DNA of 46,788 nucleotides from Candidatus Aminicenantes bacterium (GTDB lineage: Bacteria; Acidobacteriota; Aminicenantia; Aminicenantales; Aminicenantaceae), in the NCBI GenBank assembly GCA_050124775.1, contig JASFEP010000001.1, positions 1 through 46,788 of the forward strand, in the 5' to 3' direction. Numbering within the stretch: the first letter of the stretch is position 1; each line of letters begins with the position of its first letter. The position numbers and the translations under genes are program-made. Shown here piece after piece: positions 1 through 8,708 of this stretch. The notes beneath the pieces were generated by a model. That model did no database searches. It saw only the letters and a program-made list of their open reading frames with translations, and was not told the DNA's origin.

Positions 1-109
1 ACGAAGGCTTTGTTGTGAGATCAATGCGCCCGAAGGGTAAAAGATGCTGACAATAAGGTATTGAATGATTTGGGAAAAATGAGGTCAGCAGATTTTACGA
101 ATAATCCAG
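1..109 (+). repeat. Copy A of the TIR-bounded structured repeat family, 5'-truncated by the window edge
   Basis: Aligns with copy B (16971-17094). It has the core acgaaggctttgttgtgagatc..cgcccgaagggtaaaagatgc, a hairpin at 39-96 (tgctgac/gtcagca, 32-nt AT-rich loop) and the 3' terminus ttttacgaataatccag. It ends 6 nt before ATG-116 and 21 nt before ATG-131, co-oriented with the kinase gene. Confidence 0.8.
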
Positions 110-130
110 TCATATATGAGGACTTGGACA

Positions 131-3100
131 ATGGAAAAAATAAAAGTCTTATGCATCGATGACGAAGAGGAACACAGGGAGGTCTTGCGTGATCTCTTGC
201 GCGTGAAGGACTACAGCGTCACAACAGCGGCTTCCGGTCGGAGCGGGCTCAATCTATTTAAACGAAGAAACTTCGACGTCGTGCTCTGCGACCTCAATAT
301 GCCTCATATGGACGGTCTGGGATTCCTTGCAAAAGCCAAGCGTATCAAGCCGGACATCCCGGTCATAATTCTCTCCTCCCATGGGACTATCCCGGCAGCA
401 GTCAAATCCCTGAAAAAGGGCGCCTTCGATTTTATTCTGGAGCCTCCGAAGATCGAGGAGATCGATGCGACCATAGAGAAAGCCATAGAGACAACACGCT
501 TGCAAAAGCAGCTCAAAGCGTCCGAGGAGAATCTGGCGATTCTCATAAAAAACCTTCCGGATATCATCTATTCTTTGAACCCAAAAGGCATATTTCTCGA
601 GTTAAGTCCCGCTGTCAAAACGAACATGGGATATCATCCCGAAGAGCTGATCGGAACATCTGTTTTTAAGGTGATTCATCCCAAAGACAGAAAGCGGGTC
701 AGGGAAACATTCCGCGCAGCAGTGGAGCGGGGAGAGGCAAGGAGGCGCAGGGTGGAGTTCCGGATGGTCACAAAAAAAGGCGAAGTAAGAGATTACGAAG
801 TCCACACGCACATGATAGTGGAGAATGGCAGGGTGTTGAAGGCCATCGGTATCGCCCGGGACATTACGGAGAGAAAGATCTTCGAGGAGGAGTTGGAGAA
901 TAAAAATTCACAGCTCCGCGACCTCCTCGAAGAGCTTATGCGTAGCCACGATGAACTCCAAGCTATCATGGACGCCTATCCATCCAGCATGGTCATGGTC
1001 GATCGCAAAGGAAAACTAAGGAGAGCCAATCAGGGTACTGACAGCTTTTTCGGGATCCAGTTCGATAAACTCGTCGATAAACCCTTCGAAACTTTTCTGA
1101 ACACGATCAAAAGCTGCTTCGAAGATTACGACGAATTCCTCAAAGTTTCACAAAAGATGCAACTAACTATAGAGCAATTGGCATATAAAGAATTCGATGC
1201 TGTCAAGATGTACAGAACCAGCGTCAAGCAGATCAAACCGGCCGAACGCTTTGTTTTGCCCCTGGGGATCCCCGTTTTTGACCGGAACAAGGTAGAACTG
1301 GGGACAATCTGGATCTATAACGATATCACAGTCCCCAAACGGACCTATGAGCATCTCGAGTCGATCGTGAATGCGTCTCCGATGCCGGTTCTGGTCAGCC
1401 GTTTATCCGACAATACCATCCTTTTCGTCAACGATAACCTCGCCAAGATTATGGGATTCCAGAGAGATAATGTTCTTGGAAAGACCACGCCAGATTTTTA
1501 CTACGACCCAAAAGACAGAGAGCGCATCCGGGAAAAATTGGAAAAGGATGGATATTTACACAACCAGGAAATGCGGGTGAGGAACGCTGACGGCGATCCC
1601 GTTTGGGTCCTCCTATCTGTGCAAATCGCACAGATCGGGGAAGAACAGGTTGCGATCGCAGGACTCTACGATATCACTCAGCGCAAAAGCGTGGAGGAGG
1701 CGATTGCCACGAGACTCAAATACGAAGAAGGACTCGCGGCCTGCTCCGAAGCGCTTCTCAGCGGCACTGAGATGAAAGCAGAAATAACAGGAGCTCTCGA
1801 CCACTTGCTCGTTGCATCCAACACAAGCCGGGCTTATATCTTTGAAAACTTCATGGATGATAAAGATGGCCTCTGCATGCGCCAGCTCTGGGAGGTGTGT
1901 GCACCCGGCGTGACTCCTCAAATAGATAATCCCCTCCTCCAGCACCTTCCCTACAAAGAGGGCCTCCAAAGCTGGAAAAAATCCCTCTCCCAAAATATCC
2001 CTTACACTGGTATAACCCGCTTTTTGGAACCCGAATTGCAAAAGGGTCTGGAGGCACAGGATATTCTCTCGATCCTCGTCATTCCGATCTGGATCAATGA
2101 TATGTGGTACGGTTTTATCGGGTTCGACGATGTCAAGGAAGAAAGACAGTGGAGCAAGGAAGATGTGGCTTTGTTACAGACCGCATCCAGGATGATCGGA
2201 GGCTATCTTTCACGCCATATGGCGCTCAAAGCTCTTCAGGAGAGCGAGGAGCGATTCCGTGGCATCGTGGAAAATGCCAACGATATCATCTTTACCATGA
2301 CGCCCGATGGAAATTTTTCCTACATCTCCCCGAATGTGAAAGAGATTTTAGGGTTCGACGCCATACAGCTGACGGGCAGGCACTTCACCAAGCACATTCA
2401 TCCCGATGACCTGGAAGTCTGTCTGAATCATTTTCACAGGCTCGAACAAACAGGGGCCAAACAGAGTAGCATCGAGTACAGAATCCAGCACAAAGACAAG
2501 AGTTGGAGGTACCATAGATCGAGCGTCTCTCCGTTGAAGGACAGCGATGGGAATATCCTCTCTTATGTGGGGATCGCTCACGACTTTACTGAGGTCAAGA
2601 ATGTGTTGACCGACCTGGAAAAAACCAACAGGCACCTCCAAGAGGCCCAAACTCAACTGGTCCAATCAGAAAAAATGGCATCTCTGGGCCAGTTGGTCGC
2701 CGGCATCGCTCACGAGATCAACACCCCCATCGGGGCGGTCAACAGTATGCACGATACGCTTTTCAGAACCCTGGAAAGGTTGAAGGCTATCATCCAGCAG
2801 GAACTCCCGGAAGATTGCAAACAGATCCCTAAACTTGAGGCCGCTTTCAAGCTTATAGACGATTCCAACAGCGTTATCAAATCCGGTGCCGAGAGAGTCA
2901 TCAATATCGTCACGCGGTTGAAAAGCTTTGCCAGATTAGATGAGGCGGAACTTAAAACTGTGGATATTCACGAGGGTATCGAAGACACCCTGGTCCTTAT
3001 TCATCACGAGCTGAAGCACAACATCACCATTGTCAAGGATTACGGTGACATTCCCCCCATCTCCTGTTTTCCTAGCCAGTTGAACCAAGTTTTTCTGAAC

Positions 3101-3427
3101 TTTCTTGTCAACAGCAAACAGGCCATAAAAGACAAGGGAACCATACGCATCTCCACATTTGCGAAAAACAAAAAAGTCCACATCAAGTTTTCCGACGACG
3201 GCGTCGGTATTCCCAAGGAGAGCTTGCGCAGAATATTCGATCCCGGATTCACCACAAAAGGCATCGGTGTCGGCACCGGGCTGGGCCTGTCAATATCCTA
3301 CAACATCATCCAGAACCACAGGGGTGAAATCAAAGTGGAAAGTGAATGGGGAAAGGGGACCGATTTTCTCATCATCCTACCCATGGATCTGGAAGAGCAG
3401 CTTGAAAGAGAAAAGAGCAAGGGTTGA
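131..3427 (+). CDS. Hybrid sensor histidine kinase (REC - PAS repeats - GAF-like - PAS - HisKA - HATPase_c), no transmembrane segment
   Basis: N-terminal receiver (KVLCIDDEEE, DVVLCDLNMPHMDG, K at ...SLKKGAFDF). Several PAS-like blocks and a GAF-like block. H-box AGIAHEINTPIGAV and ATPase boxes DDGVGIP and GVGTGLGLS. ATG-131 is preferred over the track start at 116 because GAGGA lies 8 nt upstream. Confidence 0.9.
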   Translation: MEKIKVLCIDDEEEHREVLRDLLRVKDYSVTTAASGRSGLNLFKRRNFDVVLCDLNMPHMDGLGFLAKAKRIKPDIPVIILSSHGTIPAAVKSLKKGAFDFILEPPKIEEIDATIEKAIETTRLQKQLKASEENLAILIKNLPDIIYSLNPKGIFLELSPAVKTNMGYHPEELIGTSVFKVIHPKDRKRVRETFRAAVERGEARRRRVEFRMVTKKGEVRDYEVHTHMIVENGRVLKAIGIARDITERKIFEEELENKNSQLRDLLEELMRSHDELQAIMDAYPSSMVMVDRKGKLRRANQGTDSFFGIQFDKLVDKPFETFLNTIKSCFEDYDEFLKVSQKMQLTIEQLAYKEFDAVKMYRTSVKQIKPAERFVLPLGIPVFDRNKVELGTIWIYNDITVPKRTYEHLESIVNASPMPVLVSRLSDNTILFVNDNLAKIMGFQRDNVLGKTTPDFYYDPKDRERIREKLEKDGYLHNQEMRVRNADGDPVWVLLSVQIAQIGEEQVAIAGLYDITQRKSVEEAIATRLKYEEGLAACSEALLSGTEMKAEITGALDHLLVASNTSRAYIFENFMDDKDGLCMRQLWEVCAPGVTPQIDNPLLQHLPYKEGLQSWKKSLSQNIPYTGITRFLEPELQKGLEAQDILSILVIPIWINDMWYGFIGFDDVKEERQWSKEDVALLQTASRMIGGYLSRHMALKALQESEERFRGIVENANDIIFTMTPDGNFSYISPNVKEILGFDAIQLTGRHFTKHIHPDDLEVCLNHFHRLEQTGAKQSSIEYRIQHKDKSWRYHRSSVSPLKDSDGNILSYVGIAHDFTEVKNVLTDLEKTNRHLQEAQTQLVQSEKMASLGQLVAGIAHEINTPIGAVNSMHDTLFRTLERLKAIIQQELPEDCKQIPKLEAAFKLIDDSNSVIKSGAERVINIVTRLKSFARLDEAELKTVDIHEGIEDTLVLIHHELKHNITIVKDYGDIPPISCFPSQLNQVFLNFLVNSKQAIKDKGTIRISTFAKNKKVHIKFSDDGVGIPKESLRRIFDPGFTTKGIGVGTGLGLSISYNIIQNHRGEIKVESEWGKGTDFLIILPMDLEEQLEREKSKG

Positions 3428-3452
3428 GAACAATGTTTGACTAAAGGGATCG

Positions 3453-6314
3453 ATGAAAGAACTTTTCCGCAGAATTTTCGACATTCGTGAGGGTGAAGCT
3501 CCTGTCGCCACACTGATGTTTTTTTACGGATTCCTGATTATCGGTTCTCTGTCTGTTCTAAAACCCGTCCGAAGCTCTCTGTTTCTAGTCCGGTTCGGCA
3601 GTGAAAACCTTCCCTTCGCCTATGTGCTCGTAGCGTTCTTTTCGGGCCTATTTGCGGTCGCTTATTCCAGATACTCCAAAAAGGTCCGGCTCAACCGGCT
3701 CGTCCAAATAACGCTTTTGACTTCTTCCGTCACCCTCGTAGTTTTCTGGATAATGCTCCCGTACGCATACGAGAGCACCTGGTTCCTCTATGCCTTTTTC
3801 ATATGGGTTGCGATATTCGGAGTCATCACCGGCACGCAATTCTGGCTCCTCGCCAATGAAATATACAATGCCAGGGAAGCCAAGCGCCTTTTCGGCCTGA
3901 TCGGTGCAGGAGCCATATCTGGGGGGATTTTTGGCGGATATTTGACAAGTTACGCGGCCCCTCGGCTCAGCACGGCGAACATGATATTTTTCTGTATCGG
4001 ATTCCTGGCGCTCTGTCAAATTTTAGTCTGGTCGATCTGGAAAAAAACGAAACATATCCCTCACGTCCAAAAAAGCTCCTGGCAGGAACAGAGGTATCGT
4101 TCTTTAGCTCAGGACAATCCCCTCAAATCCATCTTGAACTCCCGTCATCTGACATATCTCGCCGGGATCATCGGTGTGGGCGTTGTCGTCGCCAACCTCG
4201 CTGATTACCAGTTTTTGACCATCGCATCTCGAGCTAAACCGGAAGCGGACAACCTGACAGCATTCTTTGGTCTTTGGTTGTCCAATCTGAACATCCTATC
4301 TTTGATCATACAAATGTTCTTCACCGGAAGAATTATCAAACATCTCGGCGTGACAGCCTCTCTGCTATTTCTTCCCTGTGCCATTATGATCGGGGCCGCA
4401 GCGGTTCTTATCAATCCGGTCCTCTGGTCGGCCATACTGATCAAGATGGGAGACGGAGGATTTAAACATTCCATCAACAAAGCCAGTACCGAATTGCTGG
4501 CGATTCCCATCTCCCCTGAGATCAAGAACAGAGTCAAATCTTTCATCGATGTCTTTATCAAGAACGCAGCCAAGGGCCTAGGGGGCGTTCTCTTGATTAC
4601 CTTGATCGTCGGCTTCGGACTTTCCGTTCGACACGTCAGTCTGATCATTATTGCAATGATAGGCGTGTGGGCATACCTGATATTCCGAATTAAAGATGAG
4701 TATGTCAATTCTTTCCGCATGGCGATCGAGAAGCGTTCGATAAACCTCGAGGATCAATCGTTGAATCTGGATGATGCGGCTGTGTTTAACAATTTCATCA
4801 AAGTGCTGGAAGGCAAGAACGAACGCCAGATCCTCTATGTGTTGAATATGCTTGAAGATATCAAAAACAAAGAACTCGTTCCTTTCCTCAAAAAACTTGT
4901 TGAATTTCCTTCCGACACGGTCAAAGCTTCTGTATTGAATATGGCTCTTAAATATGAGGATCTGGACCTTTCGTCAGCGGCAAAAAATCTCGTATCCAGT
5001 CACGACTTCAGCGTCCGGGTCGAAGCTATACGATATATCTGTAAAGCCTCATCCGATGCAGCGTCGACACTGCAAAGATTTCTGGAACATGAAAACCCCA
5101 GGATCCAACTGGCTGCGACAACCGCTGCTGCCCTGGAATGGAGAGAAAACAAAGATTTTAGGCAGACCATAAACCTGGTCGACCTATTCCAGAATATGCT
5201 GGGTGAACTTCAGGATAAGGCAGCCGACGCAAAGGAACTAACCTTTGTAAAGATCAACTTAGCCAGGGCCATCGGTCTGGCGAAAAATTCCGGGCTCTAT
5301 CCACTCTTGCACGATTTTGTCGACGATGCGTCAATAGATGTGAAATTAGCTGCGATCACAAGCATTGGCTCAGCATCAGAGAAAGAATTTATCCCGGTCT
5401 TGATCGCACACCTTAACACCAAACATCTCCGCAGACATGTCCGAGAGGCCCTGATTTCTTATGGAGAGGACATCATCGTAATCTTGAGAAAAATCCTCGA
5501 AAATCCCGAAGTGGACAAAGGCAAGAAATTGGCCATCCCTAAGGTATTCGCTATGATCGACTCACAAAAATCGGTCAACAGCCTGATGCAAAACCTTGCC
5601 ATCACGGATCTCACATTGCGTTACGAGATCATTAAAGCACTCAATAAACTCAGGGTTAAATTCCCCACCTTGAAATTCGATCCGCACATCATCCAGACAA
5701 AGGTTCTCGACGAGATCGAACTCTATAAAAGTACACTCCGCGCATGGATCGAGCAAAAGGAAATGTTATTGATAGTTCAACGGAAAAGCAGCGAAAACAC
5801 GATATCCGGGCAAGATAAAAAAGCAAGGCTCCTCCTCTTATTCGCACTCGAAGAGAAACTGGATAAAAACCTGGAGAGGATTTTCCGCCTCCTCGGGATG
5901 AAATATCCGCCCAAGGATATGGTCGACGCCTACCTGGGACTCAAGAGCCGGACCGCAAAGCTGAAGGCGATCGCCATAGAATTCCTGGACAATATTCTCG
6001 ATGCGCGCCTAAAAAGGATCCTTATTCCCATCGTTGAAGCAGGACGCCCTGAACTCCTCTCTAAAAGCGGAACAAGGAGAGCAAGGAAAGAGATAACTGA
6101 AGAGCTCGAATGCATCCGATCCCTACTTTCGAGTCATGACAACTGGCTGAAGGCCTGTACGATCTATCTCAGTGCGGCCTTGTACTACAAAGAGTGTTAC
6201 GACTCGATCCAAGAACTCATCCACTCGGATGATCCCATTGTCAGAGAGACGGCACAACTGTATTTACGCCGTTTAAGCACCCAACCGGATTTGACGACCG
6301 AAGGAAAAGTGTGA
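3453..6314 (+). CDS. Polytopic TLC/AAA-family (ATP:ADP antiporter-like) transporter domain fused to a C-terminal HEAT-repeat domain
   Basis: The N-terminus (REGEAPVATLMFFYGFLIIGSLSVLKPVRSSLFL) is typical of Npt1/Npt2-type TLC carriers, followed by about 11-12 hydrophobic helices. The C-terminal ~500 aa are helical repeats with HEAT-like periodicity (VRVEAIRYI, IDVKLAAITSIG, PIVRETAQLYL). Confidence 0.7.
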   Translation: MKELFRRIFDIREGEAPVATLMFFYGFLIIGSLSVLKPVRSSLFLVRFGSENLPFAYVLVAFFSGLFAVAYSRYSKKVRLNRLVQITLLTSSVTLVVFWIMLPYAYESTWFLYAFFIWVAIFGVITGTQFWLLANEIYNAREAKRLFGLIGAGAISGGIFGGYLTSYAAPRLSTANMIFFCIGFLALCQILVWSIWKKTKHIPHVQKSSWQEQRYRSLAQDNPLKSILNSRHLTYLAGIIGVGVVVANLADYQFLTIASRAKPEADNLTAFFGLWLSNLNILSLIIQMFFTGRIIKHLGVTASLLFLPCAIMIGAAAVLINPVLWSAILIKMGDGGFKHSINKASTELLAIPISPEIKNRVKSFIDVFIKNAAKGLGGVLLITLIVGFGLSVRHVSLIIIAMIGVWAYLIFRIKDEYVNSFRMAIEKRSINLEDQSLNLDDAAVFNNFIKVLEGKNERQILYVLNMLEDIKNKELVPFLKKLVEFPSDTVKASVLNMALKYEDLDLSSAAKNLVSSHDFSVRVEAIRYICKASSDAASTLQRFLEHENPRIQLAATTAAALEWRENKDFRQTINLVDLFQNMLGELQDKAADAKELTFVKINLARAIGLAKNSGLYPLLHDFVDDASIDVKLAAITSIGSASEKEFIPVLIAHLNTKHLRRHVREALISYGEDIIVILRKILENPEVDKGKKLAIPKVFAMIDSQKSVNSLMQNLAITDLTLRYEIIKALNKLRVKFPTLKFDPHIIQTKVLDEIELYKSTLRAWIEQKEMLLIVQRKSSENTISGQDKKARLLLLFALEEKLDKNLERIFRLLGMKYPPKDMVDAYLGLKSRTAKLKAIAIEFLDNILDARLKRILIPIVEAGRPELLSKSGTRRARKEITEELECIRSLLSSHDNWLKACTIYLSAALYYKECYDSIQELIHSDDPIVRETAQLYLRRLSTQPDLTTEGKV

Positions 6315-6349
6315 TAATTTCACAAAAGGTATAAATTGCGTTTTCAACG

Positions 6350-6775
6350 ATGCTGACTACAGTCGAAAAAGTCCTGCTACTCCAAGATGTGGATATCTTC
6401 GAACACACCTCTACCGAAGATCTCTCTCATATCGCTGCCATCGCAGAGGAGATCGAGTACCAGAGCAAAGATATCATCTTCAAGGAAGATGAGATATCAG
6501 ATTCGATGTATGTGGTGATCCAGGGCAAAGTGAGATTGACCCGCGAGGACAAAGAAATAATGGTCGCCGGACAAATGCAGGCCTTCGGGACTTGGGCCCT
6601 GTTCGATGATGAGCCGCGTGTGGCAACGGCAACAGCGCTAGAGAACACTCAGCTTCTCCGCATCGATAAAGAAGAATTCATCGATCTCTTGGCCGACCAT
6701 GTGGCGATCACACAAAGTATCCTGAAGACTATGGCGAAAAGATTGAGAAAACTCTTAACGAGAATCTACAGGTAA
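6350..6775 (+). CDS. Stand-alone cyclic-nucleotide-binding (CAP/Crp effector-type) domain protein
   Basis: LLLQDVDIFEH..., FKEDEISDSMYVVIQGKV and FGTWALFDDEPRVATATALENTQLLRIDKEEF match the cNMP-binding beta-roll and phosphate-binding cassette pattern. No DNA-binding HTH follows. Confidence 0.8.
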   Translation: MLTTVEKVLLLQDVDIFEHTSTEDLSHIAAIAEEIEYQSKDIIFKEDEISDSMYVVIQGKVRLTREDKEIMVAGQMQAFGTWALFDDEPRVATATALENTQLLRIDKEEFIDLLADHVAITQSILKTMAKRLRKLLTRIYR

Positions 6776-6810
6776 GAATCGCAGACCGGATGGAGTCCTA
6801 AGGAGGGAAA

Positions 6811-7293
6811 ATGGAAAATTCCGATCAGAAACCAACCATCGTGATCGTTGACGATGAAGATATGGTCTTGACCAGCCTCAACTCATTTCTAACACTGGAA
6901 ACCAACTATGATGTCAAAACCTTCATATCAGCGAAGGAAGCGCTGGAATACGTTCAGACAGGAAGCGTGGACCTGGTGATCTCCGACTACCTCATGCCGG
7001 AGATGGACGGGATCTCCTTCCTGGCCAAAGTCCGTGAGATCAAACCTGAGGTGCCCCGGATCATCCTGACAGGATATGCCGATAAGGAAAACGCCATCAA
7101 AGCGATCAATCATGTGGGGCTTTTCCAGTATATCGAAAAACCCTGGAACAACGATGACCTCCTTATCATCCTCCGTAACGGCTTGGAGAAACAGAAGCTT
7201 ATGAAAAGGCTGAATGAAAAGATCGAAGAGATCAATAACGCCTATCGAGAGCTCCAGGACCTGCAGAACGAGATCGTCAAAACCTTCGTGTGA
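6811..7293 (+). CDS. Single-domain response regulator (REC) with a short C-terminal coiled coil
   Basis: IVIVDDEDMV, DLVISDYLMPEMDG and ILTGYADKENAIKAIN. A strong AAGGAGG site precedes the ATG. Confidence 0.9.
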   Translation: MENSDQKPTIVIVDDEDMVLTSLNSFLTLETNYDVKTFISAKEALEYVQTGSVDLVISDYLMPEMDGISFLAKVREIKPEVPRIILTGYADKENAIKAINHVGLFQYIEKPWNNDDLLIILRNGLEKQKLMKRLNEKIEEINNAYRELQDLQNEIVKTFV

Positions 7294-7376
7294 ACCAGAT
7301 CATCAAACGAATCCCTCAGAATTAGAACTTTCCTCGAGATCAGAAATATATCGTATTCGCTGAGCCTTCTTTGAAT

Positions 7377-8228
7377 TTATTTTTTTGCATCCCTCAGGAT
7401 GTTGACGATCTCGAAGGGTCTTTTCCCGCAGTTCATTGCGATAGTCCTGATCGAGTCTTCCTTCTTCGCTGTGATCCCTTTGGATCCGAGAATGGCGATG
7501 GCATCCTCAACAGACATGTTGATTTCACCCGCGACTTGCTCGAGAGACATCGCTCCGAAACCTCCTCTGGATTGAGGTTTTGCGGTTTTTAGCAGTTTCT
7601 CCTTCTCCTCTTTTGAGAGGGACTTGACGAGAATGTCATGGATCTCGGATGGTGCGACACCGTTCTCTTCGGCAATTTCCTTGATGATCTCTTTCCTCTC
7701 CCTTACAGTGATCCCGGCCGACTCCAAGGTTTGAAAAGCCTGTTCATCGGAGATGCCAATTTCCTCTACGAACTCATCGAAACGCATGAGTTCAGCGTGG
7801 GGAACGAAGGGTTCGTTTTGACTTTCTTCCCAAGAATTTTTAAAACTCTCGCCGATATCCATGACCGTGCTGAAAGGCGGGAGGCTGACGACAGTCGCGA
7901 CAAAAACCACAAGAGTGATCAAAAGGGAAACCGCTAATTCGGCACGCATGCGCAGTCCCGCTTTGACCTTGGATCTTATGTAATTCAGGATCGGTTTCCA
8001 GTTGTAATAGATGTGCACAAGGGCAAAGATGAGAAACACATACCCGAAGATCGTATGAATGGCCGCCCACTCTTCTTTGGTGTATCCCCAGAGTTTCCAG
8101 TTGGTCCAATGGGCGATCCTTCCCGGTGGAACGATGTAGAGTACCAATCCAGAGACCGTCTCGAGAACAAAGGACCACAGTATCATCAGCGCCGTAAAGG
8201 ATCTGAATCTGAATTTTCGTTTTTCCAT
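7377..8228 (-). CDS. DUF4405-like membrane protein (4 TM, conserved His) with a duplicated soluble C-terminal module
   Basis: FTALMILWSFVLETVSGLVLYIVPPGRIAHW...WAAIHTIFGYVFLIFALVHIYYNW resembles DUF4405. The track start at 8243 is GTG. ATG-8228 has GAGGA upstream. Confidence 0.6.
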   Translation of the reverse strand: MEKRKFRFRSFTALMILWSFVLETVSGLVLYIVPPGRIAHWTNWKLWGYTKEEWAAIHTIFGYVFLIFALVHIYYNWKPILNYIRSKVKAGLRMRAELAVSLLITLVVFVATVVSLPPFSTVMDIGESFKNSWEESQNEPFVPHAELMRFDEFVEEIGISDEQAFQTLESAGITVRERKEIIKEIAEENGVAPSEIHDILVKSLSKEEKEKLLKTAKPQSRGGFGAMSLEQVAGEINMSVEDAIAILGSKGITAKKEDSIRTIAMNCGKRPFEIVNILRDAKK

Positions 8229-8386
8229 CCTATCCTCGTTCACGCCAAAATCGAGTCAATCATTATCCATATTTTATCCGGAATAAGCAAACAGGTTTTA
8301 TGAATAGCACGGATAAGGGATGCAACTTAATCTGCAAAAATTCGTATATATAAGTGAAGGGGATGTAAAATTAAGGTAGGTGGGAC

Positions 8387-8569
8387 ATGAAGCTAATCAC
8401 AAAAATCGGAATCCTCATCATGGCCGTCGCTCTGACTTTTCTCGAATTCAACTGGATGGCATGCTGCTCCGGATGTGCGGACGTCATTAAACAAGAACCC
8501 CAGACAAATTTTGAGATCGTGGTCTACGCACATAACAACACCGAACACAAAGAGGTCTCGAGATCTTAA
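8387..8569 (+). CDS. Possible small secreted or membrane Cys-rich protein (60 aa)
   Basis: It is the only ORF in a 465-bp gap. It has a hydrophobic N-terminus (IGILIMAVALTFL), a CCSGC cluster and GGTAGGTGGG before the ATG. No homology recognised. Confidence 0.3.
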   Translation: MKLITKIGILIMAVALTFLEFNWMACCSGCADVIKQEPQTNFEIVVYAHNNTEHKEVSRS

Positions 8570-8708
8570 TGCCAAAATCCACTCGTAAGCAAGAACCATC
8601 CGTGACCGCAAAGTGGCCGTCTTTAAGGTGCCGATGATTTTGGAGACAACCCCGTAGGTTTTTCGAGCAACAGTGTTTGAGAGTTCAAAAATTTCTGTGT
8701 GACGAAAT

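Noticed and set aside
44-64. Mini-ORFs start at the conserved aaaagATGct of the repeat hairpin: A encodes MLTIRY*, B (17014-17031) MLTLR*, and E2 (30351-30368) MLPIR*. A GAAGGG sequence lies upstream, resembling a leader peptide.
   Set aside because: Copy C has no ATG at this position, and copy D gives an unrelated 21-codon ORF. The apparent peptide similarity is explained by conservation of the hairpin arm. I kept it only as a weak alternative idea.
8570-8708. I looked for a cobalamin riboswitch or other leader RNA associated with icmF, and for tRNA, rRNA or tmRNA genes in all intergenic gaps.
   Set aside because: I recognised no cloverleaf-compatible segments, rRNA-like stretches or B12-box-like sequence. 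This region is downstream of icmF in any case. A covariance-model scan (Infernal/Rfam, tRNAscan-SE) would be needed to be certain.
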